A stretch of 61,953 bases of DNA, the filler included. It is 10 parts of 10 records of this genome, joined end to end, with 100 filler letters (N's around TTAATTAATTAA, not from the genome) between each part and the next. Parts side by side here need not be neighbours in the genome. Positions count along the whole stretch, not along the records: positions 54,940 to 58,510 come from SRR11831585_116; positions 58,611 to 61,953 come from SRR11831585_128; 8 more parts are not named here. One strand, written 5' to 3'. Below are positions 58,368-61,953 of this stretch, piece by piece. The notes below the pieces were generated by a model that saw nothing but the letters and a program-made list of their open reading frames with translations, made no database searches and had not been told where the DNA came from. Position numbers and translations under genes: made by a program. Numbering within the stretch: the stretch's first letter is position 1; every line of letters begins with the position of its first letter.

Positions 58368-58610
58368 CTACCACATATGTTGAGCGTGCGTGTGAAAGAG
58401 ACAGAGAAACACACGCGCATGCAAACACATTCTACTGCTTATCAGACACACAGCCACCCGACAACACGTCAACTGTGAAAACACACACCCACACCCACAC
58501 CCACACCCACNNNNNNNNNNNNNNNNNNNNNNNNNNNNNNNNNNNNNNNNNNNNTTAATTAATTAANNNNNNNNNNNNNNNNNNNNNNNNNNNNNNNNNN
58601 NNNNNNNNNN

Positions 58611-58962
58611 GAAAGTAGTCATGTCCAACCATGACTTCCATAAAACGCCGGAAGCCGAAGAAATCATTGCCCGTCTGCGCAAAATGCAATCCTTCGACGC
58701 CGATATTCCTAAGATTGCGCTGATGCCGCAAAGTACCAGCGATGTGCTGACGTTGCTTGCCGCGACCCTGGAGATGCAGGAGCAGTATGCCGATCGTCCA
58801 ATTATCACGATGTCGATGGCAAAAACTGGCGTAATTTCTCGTCTGGCTGGTGAAGTATTTGGCTCGGCGGCAACTTTTGGTGCGGTAAAAAAAGCGTCTG
58901 CGCCAGGGCAAATCTCGGTAAATGATTTGCGCACGGTATTAACTATTTTACACCAGGCATAA
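58611..58962 (+). CDS. aroD: 3-dehydroquinate dehydratase, 3' part
   Basis: [16 protein letters not shown] and SAPGQ motifs. Confidence 0.95.
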
Positions 58963-58972
58963 GCAATAATAT

Positions 58973-58999
58973 TTCGGCGGGAACACCCTCCCCGCCGAA
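58973..58999. terminator. Hairpin after aroD
   Basis: TTCGGCGGG...CCCGCCGAA inverted repeat. Confidence 0.6.
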
Positions 59000-59104
59000 C
59001 TAAAAAATATATTCAATCGTATTTAATAAAAATATTTCGTGAGTCTCTGTGCGCTAATTCTCCATTTGGCGTAGGGAAAATCACATCTGAATCAGGAATT
59101 AACA

Positions 59105-60700
59105 ATGAAACCTGTAAAACCACCTCGTATTAATGGACGAGTGCCGGTCCTGTCGGCACAGGAAGCGGTGAATTATATTCCCGACGAAGCAACACTTTGT
59201 GTGTTAGGCGCTGGCGGCGGTATTCTGGAAGCCACCACGTTAATTACTGCTCTTGCTGATAAATATAAACAGACTCAAACACCACGTAATTTATCGATTA
59301 TTAGTCCAACAGGGCTTGGCGATCGCGCCGACCGTGGTATTAGTCCTCTGGCGCAAGAAGGTCTGGTGAAATGGGCATTATGTGGTCACTGGGGACAATC
59401 GCCGCGTATTTCTGAACTCGCAGAACAAAATAAAATTATTGCTTATAACTACCCACAAGGTGTACTTACACAAACCTTACGCGCCGCCGCAGCCCACCAG
59501 CCTGGTATTATTAGTGATATTGGCATCGGGACATTTGTCGATCCACGCCAGCAAGGCGGCAAACTGAATGAAGTCACTAAAGAAGACCTGATTAAACTGG
59601 TCGAGTTTGATAACAAAAAATATCTCTATTACAAAGCGATTGCGCCAGATATTGCCTTCATTCGCGCTACCACCTGCGACAGTGAAGGCTACGCCACTTT
59701 TGAAGATGAGGTGATGTATCTCGACGCATTGGTTATTGCCCAGGCGGTGCACAATAACGGCGGTATTGTGATGATGCAGGTGCAGAAAATGGTTAAGAAA
59801 GCCACGCTGCATCCTAAATCTGTCCGTATTCCGGGTTATCTGGTGGATATTGTGGTGGTCGATCCGGATCAAACCCAACTGTATGGCGGTGCACCGGTTA
59901 ACCGCTTTATTTCTGGTGACTTCACCCTTGATGACAGTACCAAACTTAGCCTGCCCCTAAACCAACGTAAATTAGTTGCGCGGCGCGCATTATTCGAAAT
60001 GCGTAAAGGCGCGGTGGGGAATGTCGGCGTCGGTATTGCTGACGGCATTGGCCTGGTCGCCCGAGAAGAAGGTTGTGCTGATGACTTTATTCTGACGGTA
60101 GAAACAGGTCCGATTGGCGGAATTACTTCACAGGGGATCGCCTTTGGCGCGAACGTGAATACCCGTGCCATTCTGGATATGACGTCCCAGTTTGATTTTT
60201 ATCACGGTGGCGGTCTGGATGTTTGTTATTTGAGTTTTGCTGAAGTCGACCAGCACGGTAACGTCGGCGTGCATAAATTCAATGGTAAAATCATGGGCAC
60301 CGGTGGATTTATTGATATCAGTGCCACTTCGAAGAAAATCATTTTCTGCGGCACATTAACTGCGGGCAGTTTAAAAACAGAAATTACCGACGGCAAATTA
60401 AATATCGTCCAGGAAGGACGGGTGAAGAAATTTATTCGGGAACTACCGGAAATTACTTTCAGCGGAAAAATCGCTCTCGAGCGAGGGCTGGATGTTCGTT
60501 ATATCACTGAGCGCGCAGTATTCACGCTGAAAGAAGACGGCCTGCATTTAATCGAAATCGCCCCTGGCGTCGATTTACAAAAAGATATTCTCGACAAAAT
60601 GGATTTCACCCCAGTGATTTCGCCAGAACTCAAACTGATGGACGAAAGATTATTTATCGATGCGGCGATGGGTTTTGTCCTGCCTGAAGCGGCTCATTAA
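59105..60700 (+). CDS. ydiF: Acyl-CoA:acetate CoA-transferase YdiF
   Basis: 531 aa family-I CoA-transferase, ETG motif. Confidence 0.93.
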   Translation: MKPVKPPRINGRVPVLSAQEAVNYIPDEATLCVLGAGGGILEATTLITALADKYKQTQTPRNLSIISPTGLGDRADRGISPLAQEGLVKWALCGHWGQSPRISELAEQNKIIAYNYPQGVLTQTLRAAAAHQPGIISDIGIGTFVDPRQQGGKLNEVTKEDLIKLVEFDNKKYLYYKAIAPDIAFIRATTCDSEGYATFEDEVMYLDALVIAQAVHNNGGIVMMQVQKMVKKATLHPKSVRIPGYLVDIVVVDPDQTQLYGGAPVNRFISGDFTLDDSTKLSLPLNQRKLVARRALFEMRKGAVGNVGVGIADGIGLVAREEGCADDFILTVETGPIGGITSQGIAFGANVNTRAILDMTSQFDFYHGGGLDVCYLSFAEVDQHGNVGVHKFNGKIMGTGGFIDISATSKKIIFCGTLTAGSLKTEITDGKLNIVQEGRVKKFIRELPEITFSGKIALERGLDVRYITERAVFTLKEDGLHLIEIAPGVDLQKDILDKMDFTPVISPELKLMDERLFIDAAMGFVLPEAAH

Positions 60701-60713
60701 CAGGAGTATAATG

Positions 60714-61865
60714 ATGGATTTTTCTTTAACTGAAGAACAAGAACTGCTGCTGGCCAGTATTCGCGAACTGATTACGACTAACTTTCCGGAAGAGTATTTC
60801 CGCACCTGCGATCAAAACGGGACATATCCGCGTGAGTTTATGCGGGCGCTGGCGGATAACGGTATTTCCATGCTTGGCGTGCCGGAAGAATTTGGTGGTA
60901 TCCCTGCGGATTACGTCACCCAAATGCTGGCGCTGATGGAAGTGTCAAAATGCGGTGCTCCGGCATTTTTAATTACCAACGGTCAATGTATTCACAGTAT
61001 GCGCCGTTTCGGTTCTGCAGAGCAGCTACGTAAAACGGCAGAGAGCACCCTGGAAACGGGTGATCCCGCCTATGCCCTGGCGTTGACGGAACCAGGTGCT
61101 GGCTCAGATAACAACAGTGCCACTACCACTTACACGCGTAAAAACGGCAAGGTCTACATCAACGGACAAAAAACCTTTATTACCGGTGCGAAAGAGTACC
61201 CGTATATGCTGGTGCTGGCGCGCGATCCGCAACCGAAAGATCCCAAAAAAGCCTTCACCCTGTGGTGGGTCGACTCCAGTAAGCCCGGCATTAAGATTAA
61301 CCCGCTGCATAAAATCGGCTGGCATATGCTCAGCACCTGCGAAGTCTATCTCGACAACGTGGAGGTTGAAGAGAGCGACATGGTGGGCGAAGAAGGAATG
61401 GGTTTCCTCAATGTGATGTACAACTTTGAGATGGAGCGCCTGATCAACGCCGCGCGCAGCACCGGCTTTGCCGAATGCGCCTTTGAAGATGCCGCCCGCT
61501 ATGCCAACCAACGTATCGCTTTTGGTAAGCCCATTGGTCATAACCAGATGATCCAGGAAAAACTGGCGCTGATGGCGATTAAGATCGACAACATGCGCAA
61601 CATGGTGCTGAAAGTGGCATGGCAAGCCGATCAGCATCAGTCACTGCGCACCAGCGCGGCGCTGGCAAAACTGTACTGTGCACGTACCGCAATGGAAGTC
61701 ATTGATGATGCGATTCAAATCATGGGCGGTCTGGGCTATACCGATGAGGCGCGCGTCTCCCGCTTCTGGCGTGATGTCCGTTGTGAACGTATCGGCGGCG
61801 GTACAGACGAAATTATGATTTACGTAGCAGGTCGGCAGATCCTGAAAGACTATCAGAACAAATAA
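60714..61865 (+). CDS. ydiO: Acyl-CoA dehydrogenase YdiO
   Basis: 383 aa, ALTEPGAGSD and IGGGTDEI motifs. Confidence 0.93.
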   Translation: MDFSLTEEQELLLASIRELITTNFPEEYFRTCDQNGTYPREFMRALADNGISMLGVPEEFGGIPADYVTQMLALMEVSKCGAPAFLITNGQCIHSMRRFGSAEQLRKTAESTLETGDPAYALALTEPGAGSDNNSATTTYTRKNGKVYINGQKTFITGAKEYPYMLVLARDPQPKDPKKAFTLWWVDSSKPGIKINPLHKIGWHMLSTCEVYLDNVEVEESDMVGEEGMGFLNVMYNFEMERLINAARSTGFAECAFEDAARYANQRIAFGKPIGHNQMIQEKLALMAIKIDNMRNMVLKVAWQADQHQSLRTSAALAKLYCARTAMEVIDDAIQIMGGLGYTDEARVSRFWRDVRCERIGGGTDEIMIYVAGRQILKDYQNK

Positions 61866-61907
61866 TCTGCAGGCGGCGCAGCTTCTTAACAAACTGCGCC
61901 GCCAGAT

Positions 61908-61953
61908 TTATCCAACAAGACTTACCGGTTGAGGAAATTCAGATAGGATTTCT
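61908..61953 (-). CDS. ydiP: Probable C-terminus of AraC-family regulator YdiP (partial)
   Basis: Reads EILSEFPQPVSLVG*, convergent on ydiO with a GC hairpin at 61866-61906 between them. Based on synteny. Confidence 0.6.
   Translation of the reverse strand, partial: EILSEFPQPVSLVG

Noticed and set aside
58480-58510. (CCCACA)n at a contig end as a telomere
   Set aside because: Only about four units, inside a CA-rich intron upstream of an internal exon. More simply a microsatellite that broke the assembly.

Overview
The window is not one locus. It is ten contigs joined by artificial 100-nt spacers (N44-TTAATTAATTAA-N44), so adjacency across spacers means nothing. Six contigs are ordinary Escherichia coli (K-12-like) chromosome: argU/att fragment-envY(frameshifted)-ybcH-nfrAB-cusSR-cusC; rhs start-nikR-nikEDCBA-acpT-yhhT-yhhS-dcrB-yhhQ-tusA; ygjKJI-ebgCAR-ygjH-patA-aer; eutHAB; ycaCDMNK-pflA-pflB end; aroD end-ydiF-ydiO-ydiP end. 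One bacterial contig (38989-43089) carries a two-gene anti-phage module: a Cap4-like PD-(D/E)xK nuclease fused to a HamA/DUF1837-like domain, translationally coupled to a Ski2-like SF2 helicase. It is Hachiman-type, and I recognise it as abpA/abpB (yfjL/yfjK) of the K-12 CP4-57 prophage. Three contigs are eukaryotic, with GT-AG introns rich in TG/CA repeats, and the ORF track misses their genes. Manual splicing gives condensin CAP-D2/Cnd1, a divergent secreted protein, DNA polymerase zeta (REV3), an O-methyltransferase 3' end and an Ntn-hydrolase (Dcd1/acid-ceramidase-like) 3' end. The assembly therefore looks like a microbial eukaryote mixed with E. coli. All gene identities come from my recognition of the sequences, not from database searches.
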